Positions 8,112 to 18,599 of a DNA stretch of 50,476 bases are shown one piece after another. The DNA is from a virus (lineage: Duplodnaviria; Caudoviricetes): positions 1 through 50,476 of IMG/VR virus record IMGVR_UViG_3300031274_000003; one strand, 5' to 3'. The position numbers were made by a program, and so were the translations under genes. Under the pieces are notes generated by a model. The model did no database searches, had not been told where the DNA came from, and was given only the letters and a program-made list of their open reading frames with translations. Position 1 is the first letter of the stretch. Each line of letters begins with the position of its first letter.

Positions 8112-9928
8112 TCGTTAGAGACCTACTTATTGATTTCGGCGCTAGACTGAACAAATCAGATTTAAGTAAAGTCGATAAGCAATCCCAAGGTTTTGCGACC
8201 AAAACCGGCGGGCTCATGACTACTTTGTTGAGCTTAGGTTTCCTTAAGTTCTTCAAAGATGCAACTATCGGCGTGTTGAGCTTAGCCAGCTCTGTTGTTG
8301 AAAACATGAACGTCATGAATGCCGCTTTCGGTGAGAATGTGGGCGACGTTCAGGCGTGGGCAAAATCGTTTGGCGATGCGGCAGGTAGAAACAGGTATGA
8401 ACTAGAGCAGATGGCAGGCAGCTTGGGCGCCATGCTCAATCCGATGTTGAAAAGCGCCGATGCCGCTGCCGATATGTCTAAAAAGCTTACTGAGCTGGCA
8501 GTGGATTTAGGCAGTTTCTATAACGTCGCTGATCAAGATGCTCTTGTTGCGCTTCGTGCAGGTTTAGTTGGCGAAACTGAACCCATGCGCAAATTCGGTG
8601 TCATCATGACCGAAGCGTCCATGAAAGCATGGATGTTGGAAAACCGAATAAAGGGCAACATAAAAACCATGTCGGTAGCGGATAAAACCATGCTCCGCTA
8701 CCGGTATATGTTAGAGCAGACTTCGCTTGCTAATGGTGACGCAATAAGAACGGCCGACTCTTTGGCCAACGCCGGTAAAGCGCTTAAAGCTAAATTCATG
8801 GAGCTGGTTACCGGTGCCGGTAGTAAACTGATACCCTTCGCCGGAAAAGTAGTTTACGCACTGTCTCGTGTTGTGACGCTGTTTAAGCAAGTATCGGCTG
8901 ACTCTAAAATAGTAGAGTCTGCTTTTGCCGTGTTGGGTGCCGCTGCTGTAGCGCTTGCTATAAAAATGCTGCTCCCGTTCCTGCCCATTATTTTAGCTAT
9001 AGGCGCGCTTATTCTTGTTATCGATGACCTGTGGACAATGTTCGAAGGCGGCGAATCAGAAATAGGTAAGCTCATAGATTGGTTATGGGGCCCTGGCAGT
9101 GCGCAAGCCGCGGTGACCGCGGTGAAGCAGGCATTTGCCGATTTCGTCGCTTGGATGAGAACGGATGGGCTTGCTATATGGCACGAAATAACCGCCGTAA
9201 TTCGAAACTTTATTAGAGCTGCCGCACCTTACATAAAGAGCTTTCTAGTAGGGATAGGCGATGCTTTTGTCTGGACTTTAGACAATGTTATTGAGCCATT
9301 TTTTACCTGGTTAATTGACTCAGCTATACCCGCAGTAGCCGATTTTGTTGAGGCTGCTACACCTTATATAAAGTTTTTCCTAACCGTAATAGGAGACGGT
9401 CTAGGTTGGGTTTACGATAATGTTCTTAAGCCTTTGTTTGGATTCCTTATCGATACCGCCATACCTATAATAGGCAAGGTGGCGAAAGCAATAGGTGAGT
9501 TTTTCGCGCCCGCTGTAGATAATCTAATTTGGTTTTTTGAGAAGCTGTTCGGAGTTGTCGGTAAGGTAATTGACGAGATAGGCAACTTTATCGACATGGT
9601 TGCCGAGGGTGTAAAAGCAGCCGCAGATTTGTTTGGGATAGATTTGAGCACTGAGCCTAAAAGCGGGATAGGCGGCACCAGAGTAGGTGGAGGGGCCGCT
9701 GCTTTTAACAAGGGCGTGCAGGCAGGCAGTTATTTAACTACCAGCATACCCTTGTCCGCGGTAGGCGCTGGCAATTACGGCGGCGACGAGATAAATCAAA
9801 ATGTTGAGATAAAATTCGACAACGCTCAGAATATTTCTCCTGAACGGGTAGGGTCAAATGTAGAAGACGTTATGAAGCGCGTCAATAAACGAGCGCTTGC
9901 TGCACTGAAGCAGCGGAAGGGTGGCTGA
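8108..9928 (+). CDS. Tape measure protein
   Basis: 606 aa; helical, Trp/Phe-periodic repeats, hydrophobic segment; position. Confidence 0.9.
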   Translation: MIVRDLLIDFGARLNKSDLSKVDKQSQGFATKTGGLMTTLLSLGFLKFFKDATIGVLSLASSVVENMNVMNAAFGENVGDVQAWAKSFGDAAGRNRYELEQMAGSLGAMLNPMLKSADAAADMSKKLTELAVDLGSFYNVADQDALVALRAGLVGETEPMRKFGVIMTEASMKAWMLENRIKGNIKTMSVADKTMLRYRYMLEQTSLANGDAIRTADSLANAGKALKAKFMELVTGAGSKLIPFAGKVVYALSRVVTLFKQVSADSKIVESAFAVLGAAAVALAIKMLLPFLPIILAIGALILVIDDLWTMFEGGESEIGKLIDWLWGPGSAQAAVTAVKQAFADFVAWMRTDGLAIWHEITAVIRNFIRAAAPYIKSFLVGIGDAFVWTLDNVIEPFFTWLIDSAIPAVADFVEAATPYIKFFLTVIGDGLGWVYDNVLKPLFGFLIDTAIPIIGKVAKAIGEFFAPAVDNLIWFFEKLFGVVGKVIDEIGNFIDMVAEGVKAAADLFGIDLSTEPKSGIGGTRVGGGAAAFNKGVQAGSYLTTSIPLSAVGAGNYGGDEINQNVEIKFDNAQNISPERVGSNVEDVMKRVNKRALAALKQRKGG

Positions 9929-10556
9929 TATGCCCAACGCCGATTTTAAAAGCCAACGCGGCGCTGCTCCTGTCGTTACAGTAGGGGATGTGCAAGTTTC
10001 TGCTTCACTGAACGAGATTCACGAGCTTAGTGCGGACGTAACGTCAGCACCGGTTGAGGGTAAGATCGATAATGATGATCACATCTACAGGAAGCCCAGA
10101 GAGGTGTCTATAGACGGTGTTGTATCGGACGTGTTCCTAGAGGTAGGCTTCCCTGGTAAATCGCTTATAGAGAGCTTTCGAACAGGCAACGAAGACAACC
10201 CGGCTGTTGAAGCGTGGCACACTATCAAGAGCTACTGGGAGACATCCAAGATTGTTGACGTAGAGACCTCGCTGGAGACAATACCATCGGTCGGTATTTT
10301 GAGTTTTAGAGTGCAGCGTGGCCCCGGAAATAAAAAAGGAGTGCTTTATTTTTCGATAAAATGCCGACAGATAAATGTGGTATCAACGCAAACTACAGGC
10401 ACTGTAAAATTACCTAAAGACAACGTTGTAAAAGGCAAGGCGGAAGGCAAAGGTAGTAAGGGTAAGAACGACGGCACGCAGGCACAAGACACAAAAGCGA
10501 AGCAGTCTACACTGTCTAGATTAGCGGGCGGCGTGTCCGGGTTTTTAGGTTTTTGA
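9921..10556 (+). CDS. Baseplate/tail tube initiator protein (Dit-like)
   Basis: E.HE...VTSAPVEG...DHIY..P motif; follows tape measure. Confidence 0.75.
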   Translation: MADMPNADFKSQRGAAPVVTVGDVQVSASLNEIHELSADVTSAPVEGKIDNDDHIYRKPREVSIDGVVSDVFLEVGFPGKSLIESFRTGNEDNPAVEAWHTIKSYWETSKIVDVETSLETIPSVGILSFRVQRGPGNKKGVLYFSIKCRQINVVSTQTTGTVKLPKDNVVKGKAEGKGSKGKNDGTQAQDTKAKQSTLSRLAGGVSGFLGF

Positions 10557-10557
10557 T

Positions 10558-10905
10558 ATGTTAGAAGTTATTCAAACAGAGACCGACGGCACTTTGCACT
10601 ACGATATTGAGCGAGAGCTTGACGGGACCAGCTTTATCTTGCGCTTTATATTCAACTCATACGATCAGCACTGGTTTTTGTCTGTGTTGACAGATGCAGG
10701 TGAGGAAATAGCAGGCGCGCAGTCGTATAGACTGGTTAACGGATGTTACCCACTAAACAGCGTTAGAGACTCCAACAGACCTGCCGGAGAGCTGTATTTA
10801 CTGCCTCAATCGGATCAAGACCCTACTCTTAAAACTTTGGGCATATCGTCCATACTGACATATCTGCCAAGAGCGGATATTTTAGAATTAAGGGCGCAGC
10901 TGTGA
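10558..10905 (+). CDS. Baseplate plug-like protein
   Basis: 115 aa, LDG..F.LRF.FN...WFLSV; synteny. Confidence 0.7.
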   Translation: MLEVIQTETDGTLHYDIERELDGTSFILRFIFNSYDQHWFLSVLTDAGEEIAGAQSYRLVNGCYPLNSVRDSNRPAGELYLLPQSDQDPTLKTLGISSILTYLPRADILELRAQL

Positions 10906-11723
10906 GTTTGATTTTTGACAGGCGTTATGAGCTGATAGTTGGGGATATGCTGTTTACAGACTTGGAGATAGGTTTTACAGCGGTCCGTTCTCTGAAAGAC
11001 ACCTCGCCCAACTCGCTAGAGCTTACAATCACTAATGTGGCGGAAAATAGAAGGTTATCGATGTCTTTAAGCAAAGCACCTACTGTACAGCTTAGCGCAG
11101 GTTATAAAGAAAATATGGGAGTGATATTTTTAGGTGAGGCTCGTGAGATAACGCATTCCAAACAGCAGACTGAGTGGGTAACGTCAATATCATCGGCAGA
11201 CGGTGAAAATGCTATGGCCAAATCTAGGATAAATAAATCTTTTGCCCCCGGTGTATCTTATGAAACGGTAGTTCTAGAGGTGGCTGAATCTATGGGCGGT
11301 ATAGGCTTAGGTAATCTGAAAAAACTACTTAAAAAAGGCGCGCTGCCGACCAAACGAAAAAAATTTGTAAAAGGCGTGACGGTAAGTGGACCGTCTAAAA
11401 AAGAATTGCGCAGGTTGATGCTCGCGTCAACTTTGGAGTGGAGTATTCAAAACAGCAAATTTCAGGTTTTAGAAGCCAATAAAACGCTGCAAACCGTGGC
11501 TTATGTTCTGTCAAAAGATACTGGATTACTTGGGTCGCCCATTTCCGATAATAAAGGTAATTTAGAGGTTACGTGTAATCTTAACCCTCAGATAGTTCCG
11601 GGTAGACAGATCGAGGTTCGTTCAAAGTACGTGAAAGGTTTCTACAGATGCGTTAGAGTGGAATATAGAGGCTCTTACCCGGGCGGTGAGTGGCGAAACA
11701 GCATAGAGGCAACTCGGATATGA
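10902..11723 (+). CDS. Baseplate hub protein
   Basis: LSAGY, IFLGE, WSIQN, TGLLGSP, LNPQI.PG motifs. Confidence 0.8.
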   Translation: MSLIFDRRYELIVGDMLFTDLEIGFTAVRSLKDTSPNSLELTITNVAENRRLSMSLSKAPTVQLSAGYKENMGVIFLGEAREITHSKQQTEWVTSISSADGENAMAKSRINKSFAPGVSYETVVLEVAESMGGIGLGNLKKLLKKGALPTKRKKFVKGVTVSGPSKKELRRLMLASTLEWSIQNSKFQVLEANKTLQTVAYVLSKDTGLLGSPISDNKGNLEVTCNLNPQIVPGRQIEVRSKYVKGFYRCVRVEYRGSYPGGEWRNSIEATRI

Positions 11724-12286
11724 TAACACCCGATGAAATAGAAGTTATAGAGGCCGCTATCGAGTCTGATAGGTTGGACTTACACACATTTCAGGTAGGT
11801 TCTGTGCAGGCTGTTCACGGGGCGTATGTGGATGTTCGGCTGGGCGTGAAAAGGTTGATTCCTACAGATGAAGGTGGCTTAGAAGAAGAAGAGATTTGCG
11901 TACTGAAAAACCTACCTGTGTGGTGTTACAGAGATGCTACTTTTCACGCGAGTTTTCCGGTTCAGGTAGGCACTGAAGGAGCTGTCCTGTTTGCTGAAAC
12001 GTCATTGGCGCAGTGGCGCGCAGGCTCAGGCTCTGAAGTCCCGGATGATGTGGGCCGCCATACGTTAACAGGCGGTGTGTTTTTTCCGGGAGTTGTTCGA
12101 GATAATGACGCTGACGCACTGACTAGGCCGAATAATGGGATTACAGTCGGCACTGTTGACGGAACGGTATCGGTATCCGTACAAGCCGACGGCACGATAA
12201 CTGCCGAAAACAACGCAGGCAGCTTTGACTTGGCACCTACCGGCAGGTTTTCGGCAAACGGCAGCAATTTTACGGTTGACCCATGA
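11720..12286 (+). CDS. Baseplate central spike (Gp138/gpV-like)
   Basis: LPV...FPV..G.EG.VLFAE...RH.L..GVFFPG; ATG 11720 overlaps upstream stop (ATGA). Confidence 0.8.
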   Translation: MITPDEIEVIEAAIESDRLDLHTFQVGSVQAVHGAYVDVRLGVKRLIPTDEGGLEEEEICVLKNLPVWCYRDATFHASFPVQVGTEGAVLFAETSLAQWRAGSGSEVPDDVGRHTLTGGVFFPGVVRDNDADALTRPNNGITVGTVDGTVSVSVQADGTITAENNAGSFDLAPTGRFSANGSNFTVDP

Positions 12287-12693
12287 CATATTTCGCCAAT
12301 GAAAGCGCTCAAATAGAGCTTACAAACACCGCAGGGCCCGCCGATCTGGTTTACGGCGGAGACGTTCCGATATCTGATACTAATATCATAAAGACTTATG
12401 ATGCGAACGTCCGTGCGGGAGGCTCTAGAGTGGCTGTCACTTCCGTTACGGCGGTATGGACACCTTCTTGCCCTTATACCTCAGCGGGCACTCACACATT
12501 TGTCAGCGGCACAGGCACCGTAACTGCTCAATCGACTAGGTGTAGGTTGTCTGGACAGCCTCCTATGAGGCAGGATGACGTAGGCGCATGTGCGGGCGTG
12601 TGGAACCTAAGTTCAGCGCCGTATACGCCTATGGCATGTGCGTGCACGATGAGCGTTAGTAATGCCGGCCAGAATAGAGCGAGAGGGCTATGA
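12283..12693 (+). CDS. Cys-rich putative spike tip protein (PAAR-like)
   Basis: Follows spike; GQPPMRQDD, several Cys, C-terminal AGQ. Confidence 0.5.
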   Translation: MTYFANESAQIELTNTAGPADLVYGGDVPISDTNIIKTYDANVRAGGSRVAVTSVTAVWTPSCPYTSAGTHTFVSGTGTVTAQSTRCRLSGQPPMRQDDVGACAGVWNLSSAPYTPMACACTMSVSNAGQNRARGL

Positions 12694-15581
12694 CAAACAC
12701 TATTGCATCGTTCAGCGGCCCTAATAATGACTGGGTTTGGCGTAACGGCCGACGCGTGTTTGTTACCGGCGCCGATCTTATACGGCAGCGTTGGGGTATC
12801 CGGGCCCGGTCTATAAAAGGCGAATGGATTATCGATAAAAATGCAGGTATCCCCTACTGGGAAGAGATTTTTATAAAAAGATACTCCAACCAGCGCATAC
12901 GCGAGATATTCAGAGAGATGTCGCTCGCCACGCAGGGCGTTATCCGGGTAATCAGCATAAGCCCGGGGAAGGTCAATCCGGCCACTCGAAAACTGGAAGA
13001 CTTGGTGGTCAACTGCCTGATTGAAGGCGAGGAAGGTGAGGAAGCAGCCACATTCAGGTTCTTATCTGATGTTTATGATATAGGCACTCCCGGTAATATA
13101 ATATCAGTAACGACGCCTGATACAGGCGTCACGCCTACTTATTTTTCGTATGTCGCCAGAGACGGCGGCACCTTGTGGGCAGACTACGCCATATTCTACG
13201 CGGGCCCTGGAATAACTCTAGCCGACGGCGCTCACGGCATATCTATATCGGCTTCAGGAGTAAGGTCTATCGGTGTTTTGGGGCAGACGCCTTTAACCGG
13301 TGAGCCTACAGTATCGGCCGGCGACGGCATCGAACTCACTCAGGCCGCGGGCAACATAGAGATAACAAATATCGGAGTGTTGTCGCTATCATCAAACTCT
13401 AACGGTGAGGAGATCGCAGGCGGTGTCCGTGTCGTTGAGGGTAATGGTATTGTGGTAGATGCTCTAGATTCCGGTGACGGTTTCAAAGTAGCGCGGATAA
13501 CCGGAGGGCCCTGGCTTTTGGCAGACTCTATATCTACGGTGACCGGCACTCTGAACAGCGGCAGCGTAACCAGTACTCAAGACTATAGAGACTCTGATAT
13601 TTACGATGTGCAAGAGGTAGCGGCATCCCCCGGCCTAGACATACAAGTTATATTTGCCGGTGTAGATGCCTTCAGAAAGGTCATAAATTACCTTAAATAT
13701 GAGGGTGCCGGCACATTAACCATCTCTTTGTGGAATTTTTCTACAGTTGGTTGGGACACTATTCATAGTTTCACGTTGTCGGAAGCTTGGGAAGTTATCG
13801 AAATACCTGTAGCGGATACTGCGGACTATATAGACGGGTCAGGCGAGGTTAGAGTGCGCTACTACCGTGCAACTACTGGCAGCGCGGCCAATAACCTAGA
13901 GATAGATCTGTGCGTGTTGGAACGAGACACTGTGGGCGGTTCTGCGGGGGTCACTGACCACGGGGCCCTGACCGGTTTGCCTGATGTAAATGATCACGCT
14001 TATGCTTTTCTGCACAACGGCGCTAGAGCGATGTCAGGCACTTTTAATCTGGCTGCGCAGCGGATAACAGACTCCAACAGAAGCAGTAGCTCTTGGGCTT
14101 CTGCGGGTATACCATGGACGAGTAACCCTGCCGAATGGACGGCTATTCGAGATTTAATAGGGTATGAAGGGTCTATAGCGCTTGCGATTATACAAGCGGC
14201 AGCATCAGGCGCCGGCGTCACTTCTCTTAATTCATTGACCGGGGATTTAGGTGTAGCGGCCGGAGATAATATAGCGATTGATGTAACCGATCCAGATATA
14301 ACGGTGTCTGTAGCCGGTTTAGCTGATCGTCAAGTAGTGTTAGGCGACACAGACGGGTCTGTTTTACAAACCAACTTACTAGAGTTTACAACCGATAATC
14401 AGTTGGTGATTTCCGGAGGTTTTCCCGGTCAATCTTTGCTGGGAACAGGCTTTGTATCTCCCGGTGTAGTTGCTATAGGAGGCACAGGAACTTTATATTT
14501 AGGCGCGGCGGCCGCTCTTACTGATGCTAATAAAGCGGGGAGCACGTGGGCATCTAATGGTATACCTATCTCTAACAGTGCATCCGAATGGTCTGATATT
14601 GAAACGCTCATAGGGTCAGAAGGTTCATTATTTGAAGCTATTTTAACAGCAAACACAGGCAACACGCTGGGCGAAGCTTATAACCAGGGCGGTGCCGGGG
14701 TAGGCGCATTGATTCAAGCGACCGATGGCGGTGTAGTTATCCAAAACACCGGCCAAAATAATCTACTTCATATTCAACAGCTCGGCACGGCTACCTCAGG
14801 CATAGATGCCGCTATTAATTTTGTTAACCACAGCACTGCTCCAGAAGCCTTTGCGGCACTTTTTTCAGGCCTAGCCGGAGACTATATAGGAGTAAGTGAT
14901 TATGACGATGAAGAGTACCTGTCGGGCCATAGGCTGTATTGTAACAATCAGATTCTTTCGATGGTTTGTGAAGAAGACACTGCTGACCACGAATCTCATA
15001 GTTTAGTCTCGGTTCGGCGGTTTGCCACCAATCCCGATAATTATTTAACCAAGGCTATGCTGCTGTCTTCGCATTATGATGCAGACGCAGTACCGCCTGT
15101 TTACCATGAGGCCCGGGTTGAAACCAGAATAAGATGTACCACGGCCAACGATTGGCACACAGACATCTTCATGACCGTGTCAGGGGACGGCGCCGTAGAT
15201 GTCAACAACACGGATATAACTTTTGCTAAAACAGTATCTTATGGTTCGGCGCCTACTGACGCGTCTTATGCCGCGGGCACTTTAGTAGTGGATTGGACTG
15301 AAGGAGCGGTCCAAAAAGTCAGCATCACAGGCAACATAACGGCCGTGTCGTTCACACCACCTAGAGGCGTTACACCCAATCTGTTCATAGATATAGCTTC
15401 GCCTAGCGGTGACTATACCATATCCGGCTTTCCGGCAAACGTTCAATGGCAAGGGTCTATTGATCCAGATTCATCGGCGATGACTATTTATTCCGGAACA
15501 TCTGCCACTATATCTCTTGTCTATCTAGGCACGTCCATGGGCTATCGAGCAACTATTTTGCCTCAGGTGCCGACGCCATGA
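12690..15581 (+). CDS. Baseplate wedge/sheath initiator-like N-domain fused to a long fibre
   Basis: N-terminal GADLIRQR...GEW..D...GIPY...GV; then AGDGI/VTSLN fibre repeats, DHGALTGL, internal duplication, C-terminal VDW..G..Q.V...GN..FPANVQW. Confidence 0.75.
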   Translation: MTNTIASFSGPNNDWVWRNGRRVFVTGADLIRQRWGIRARSIKGEWIIDKNAGIPYWEEIFIKRYSNQRIREIFREMSLATQGVIRVISISPGKVNPATRKLEDLVVNCLIEGEEGEEAATFRFLSDVYDIGTPGNIISVTTPDTGVTPTYFSYVARDGGTLWADYAIFYAGPGITLADGAHGISISASGVRSIGVLGQTPLTGEPTVSAGDGIELTQAAGNIEITNIGVLSLSSNSNGEEIAGGVRVVEGNGIVVDALDSGDGFKVARITGGPWLLADSISTVTGTLNSGSVTSTQDYRDSDIYDVQEVAASPGLDIQVIFAGVDAFRKVINYLKYEGAGTLTISLWNFSTVGWDTIHSFTLSEAWEVIEIPVADTADYIDGSGEVRVRYYRATTGSAANNLEIDLCVLERDTVGGSAGVTDHGALTGLPDVNDHAYAFLHNGARAMSGTFNLAAQRITDSNRSSSSWASAGIPWTSNPAEWTAIRDLIGYEGSIALAIIQAAASGAGVTSLNSLTGDLGVAAGDNIAIDVTDPDITVSVAGLADRQVVLGDTDGSVLQTNLLEFTTDNQLVISGGFPGQSLLGTGFVSPGVVAIGGTGTLYLGAAAALTDANKAGSTWASNGIPISNSASEWSDIETLIGSEGSLFEAILTANTGNTLGEAYNQGGAGVGALIQATDGGVVIQNTGQNNLLHIQQLGTATSGIDAAINFVNHSTAPEAFAALFSGLAGDYIGVSDYDDEEYLSGHRLYCNNQILSMVCEEDTADHESHSLVSVRRFATNPDNYLTKAMLLSSHYDADAVPPVYHEARVETRIRCTTANDWHTDIFMTVSGDGAVDVNNTDITFAKTVSYGSAPTDASYAAGTLVVDWTEGAVQKVSITGNITAVSFTPPRGVTPNLFIDIASPSGDYTISGFPANVQWQGSIDPDSSAMTIYSGTSATISLVYLGTSMGYRATILPQVPTP

Positions 15582-16291
15582 TGGGTATACACTATATCGG
15601 TGAAACATTGGGCGGTACTTCGGTACCTTGCTACGTACAACCTAACGCGCCCGGTGACCTGATTTTGGTCTGTGTAATTATCATAGGGACGACTTATGAC
15701 GTTGCTATACCCAGTCTTAGTGTGGACGCGCTCCGCAATGGGGTATCTCTAAATTCTGCTGGTGTTCCGTACTACCGAGACATAACCGGATCGCAATCAG
15801 GTGAAACCACTATAAGATTTAGGTACCAAGTAAGAATAATCAGACAAACAAATCCGGAAGTAGGTAACTACCCTGTGACTTTGTCGGCGTCGACAAATGG
15901 CGATCCGATCAGGCGTCGCTCTATGCGGGTTTATCTGCTAACTAGAGCCGTGTACGCCTCTATAAGTACCGCTTCAGGTAGCGGCACCTCTAACACTAGA
16001 ATTTTTTCGCCCAACGCTAGGTGGGGTTCAATGCAGATAGGGGGAGCGCTGGCAGTAGGTAATCTTCTCACAGGCCAGTGGTTTGATACAGTCAACATAT
16101 CTACAGACGTAATCGATAACTGTTCGTGGCGATCTGACGCTACTTATGGGTCATATTATAGGATTGCAGGGAGTGCTAATAGTGCTATACTGGCCACTAG
16201 AGCGTCGTGGTCACCGACTACCAGCTATGTTCACATGGCGATGAATTTTGACGCCGAAGAGTTGATGATCCCGCTAAACTCACAAGGATAA
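15578..16291 (+). CDS. Probable fibre-tip/receptor-binding subunit
   Basis: 237 aa beta-rich (GDLILVCV); ATGA-coupled to fibre gene. Confidence 0.5.
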   Translation: MMGIHYIGETLGGTSVPCYVQPNAPGDLILVCVIIIGTTYDVAIPSLSVDALRNGVSLNSAGVPYYRDITGSQSGETTIRFRYQVRIIRQTNPEVGNYPVTLSASTNGDPIRRRSMRVYLLTRAVYASISTASGSGTSNTRIFSPNARWGSMQIGGALAVGNLLTGQWFDTVNISTDVIDNCSWRSDATYGSYYRIAGSANSAILATRASWSPTTSYVHMAMNFDAEELMIPLNSQG

Positions 16292-16302
16292 GGAGCAAAA
16301 CA

Positions 16303-16815
16303 ATGGAAAAAACATTCACAGTAGAAGAAGCACAGGTTGTTTATACCACGGGTTCAACCCTGAGAGGTATGGGCAACCAAAAAATGAATTACGCGTTGGA
16401 GCGTAATTTGGAGGCAGTACGGAAGATTATCGAGACCAGTCGGAAAGAATCCAAGCTCGATTCTTCGGAAGAGTTTCAGGCTTTGAAAAAAGCCGAGGAC
16501 GAGATCATAACTGCTGCCAGGGCCCTCCCTCAAACCATGTCGGAAGACGATAAAGACGCATGGTTTGCTGAGGAGTACAAAAAGATAAAACCAGCGCAAG
16601 ACGCTTTTAACGCGCTGGTCGAAAAATGGCGCAAAGAAAACGAAGTTACTGTGAGTGTGTATCACATTCATGAGAATGATCTCAGAGAACTGGAATTGGC
16701 CGAGTTGGACGGTGCTCCGAGAGATCCCAAGCATACCGACGCTCAATTTCTCAACCAATACCGCGCTCGGTATAACTGGATTATGGTTATGCTCGACTGC
16801 GTCAAAACTGACTAG
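16303..16815 (+). CDS. Hypothetical charged helical protein (possible fibre chaperone)
   Basis: RBS AAGGAG; 170 aa, Glu/Lys-rich. Confidence 0.65.
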   Translation: MEKTFTVEEAQVVYTTGSTLRGMGNQKMNYALERNLEAVRKIIETSRKESKLDSSEEFQALKKAEDEIITAARALPQTMSEDDKDAWFAEEYKKIKPAQDAFNALVEKWRKENEVTVSVYHIHENDLRELELAELDGAPRDPKHTDAQFLNQYRARYNWIMVMLDCVKTD

Positions 16816-16827
16816 AGGCAGAAAACA

Positions 16828-18000
16828 ATGGCCGGTGTATCAAGTTCGGGCTTCACGACAAAGACGTTTGAGGAAATCAGGGAAAGCGTAAATAACAGAG
16901 TTTACACTAATGTCAGCCCCGAGCTTGATTTAAGCGATGATTCTCTAGACGGTGTAGAGATAGCCGCGGTATCTGTAGAGCTAGCTGATATGTGGGAAGT
17001 GCTGCAAGCTCTACAAGCTTCCTTCGACCCCTCTCAAGCCTCAGGTTGGACGCTTGAGCAGCGATGCGCGATAACAGGCACGTATAAGTCTACCTACACC
17101 TACACGCGTGTATACGGTACCGTCGAGCTGGACGCAAACACCAGCTTGCCCGCAGGCAGTGTAGCGAACCTAACCGGCAAGCCCAACACTCGTTTTGCCA
17201 CGGAGACAGAAGTGCCGGGAGACGCTACGGGAGGCTTTTTCGATGTCTGGTTTGTGGCGCTTGAGCCGGGCCCGACCGCGGTTGATGTTGGCGAGCTGAG
17301 TGAGATCAATGTTGCTGAGCCGGGTTGGTTATCTGTAGATAACTCTGTTGAGCACGATACACTCGGCACTGTTCCGGAAACAGATGAGGAGCTCCGCGAC
17401 AAGCGTGTCAGGGAGTTGGCTGGAGCCGGCTCAAGTACGCTGGCGTCCATAAAAGCTGCCGTCTCTAGAGTCGCCAATGTGATAGACGTTGTCGGTTTTG
17501 AAAACACATCGCTGGTACCTCAAGGGCTGCTGCCTAGGAACTCCATTCAGCTAATCGTGCGTGGTGGTGACGATGACGACATAGCCGCCGCGATTTTCGA
17601 CAAACGGGCAGGGGGAGGCGCTGGCACTGTAGGCGCTACCGCTGTAGATGTAATTGACAGCGCCGGTGTCCCTCAAACAATACGCTTCGACCGAGCAAAC
17701 GAGCGCGATTTTTACGCATCGATTACGGTAGAAGTCACTTCGGCTTGGGAGGGCGCCGACGGTATTACCAAAGTGAAGGAAGCGGTAAAAGCCTATATCG
17801 ATTCACTCCACACAGGAGATGAAATTATTTACGAAAAAGTAATAGGGTCGTTTATTTTCGTGACAGGAGTATATGATTTAAGCTCCTGCGCAATTGGATT
17901 AAGCAGCCCTCCTGCAACGTCTACTGATATCGCCGTTGCTTTTGACGACGCTATATCGTGCGATATTGCCGATATATCGGTAACTACTATACCGGTGTAA
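16828..18000 (+). CDS. Baseplate J-like protein
   Basis: GF..KTFEEI, FDP..ASG, ETDEELR, V.DV..FEN, IRFDR motifs. Confidence 0.9.
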   Translation: MAGVSSSGFTTKTFEEIRESVNNRVYTNVSPELDLSDDSLDGVEIAAVSVELADMWEVLQALQASFDPSQASGWTLEQRCAITGTYKSTYTYTRVYGTVELDANTSLPAGSVANLTGKPNTRFATETEVPGDATGGFFDVWFVALEPGPTAVDVGELSEINVAEPGWLSVDNSVEHDTLGTVPETDEELRDKRVRELAGAGSSTLASIKAAVSRVANVIDVVGFENTSLVPQGLLPRNSIQLIVRGGDDDDIAAAIFDKRAGGGAGTVGATAVDVIDSAGVPQTIRFDRANERDFYASITVEVTSAWEGADGITKVKEAVKAYIDSLHTGDEIIYEKVIGSFIFVTGVYDLSSCAIGLSSPPATSTDIAVAFDDAISCDIADISVTTIPV

Positions 18001-18002
18001 AT

Positions 18003-18599
18003 ATGCCGCCTCCTGAAGTACATGGAAACCGAATAAACAAGGCAATCGCCAACCTGAAGGTTCAGTACAGCAATGCCGCGGGTATTCAGCAGGTTTTGGC
18101 CGCTGAGGTGGAAGAGGTAGCCGAACTTGAAACGGCTATTATCGATGTCTGGGTGAAGTACACTATAGAATACGGCGAAGGCTATGCTTTAGACTTGATA
18201 GGCGCTATTTTAGACGCCCCCAGAGGCGGGTTAACAGATACCAACTACAAAGCACTGCTTAGAGCGCAGATCCTCACATTAAGGTCTACCGGCAAAGTGG
18301 AGGAGCTGTACACGATACTGAGGACCATAGAGGATAGAGAATACAGGATATACCCCAAAGTCAATATGACTCTGATAGTGGAGGCTCGGGAGGCGTGGGG
18401 CGCTGTGTCAGTAGATACAGTGATAGATATTTTAAACAGAGCCAGAGAAGCGGGGTGGGATCTTATTTTTGTTTATTTCGAAAGCTATGCACCCCTCAGG
18501 TTTGCTTCTCAAGACACTACGCCGGAATACAGCACAACAGAAGGCTTAGCAAACGCGGCCGGAACTGAAGGCGGAAGGTTTGCGAGGGATAGACGATGA
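18003..18599 (+). CDS. Baseplate wedge protein (DUF2612-like)
   Basis: GYALDLIGAIL...LTDTNYKALLRAQI; follows baseplate J. Confidence 0.8.
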   Translation: MPPPEVHGNRINKAIANLKVQYSNAAGIQQVLAAEVEEVAELETAIIDVWVKYTIEYGEGYALDLIGAILDAPRGGLTDTNYKALLRAQILTLRSTGKVEELYTILRTIEDREYRIYPKVNMTLIVEAREAWGAVSVDTVIDILNRAREAGWDLIFVYFESYAPLRFASQDTTPEYSTTEGLANAAGTEGGRFARDRR

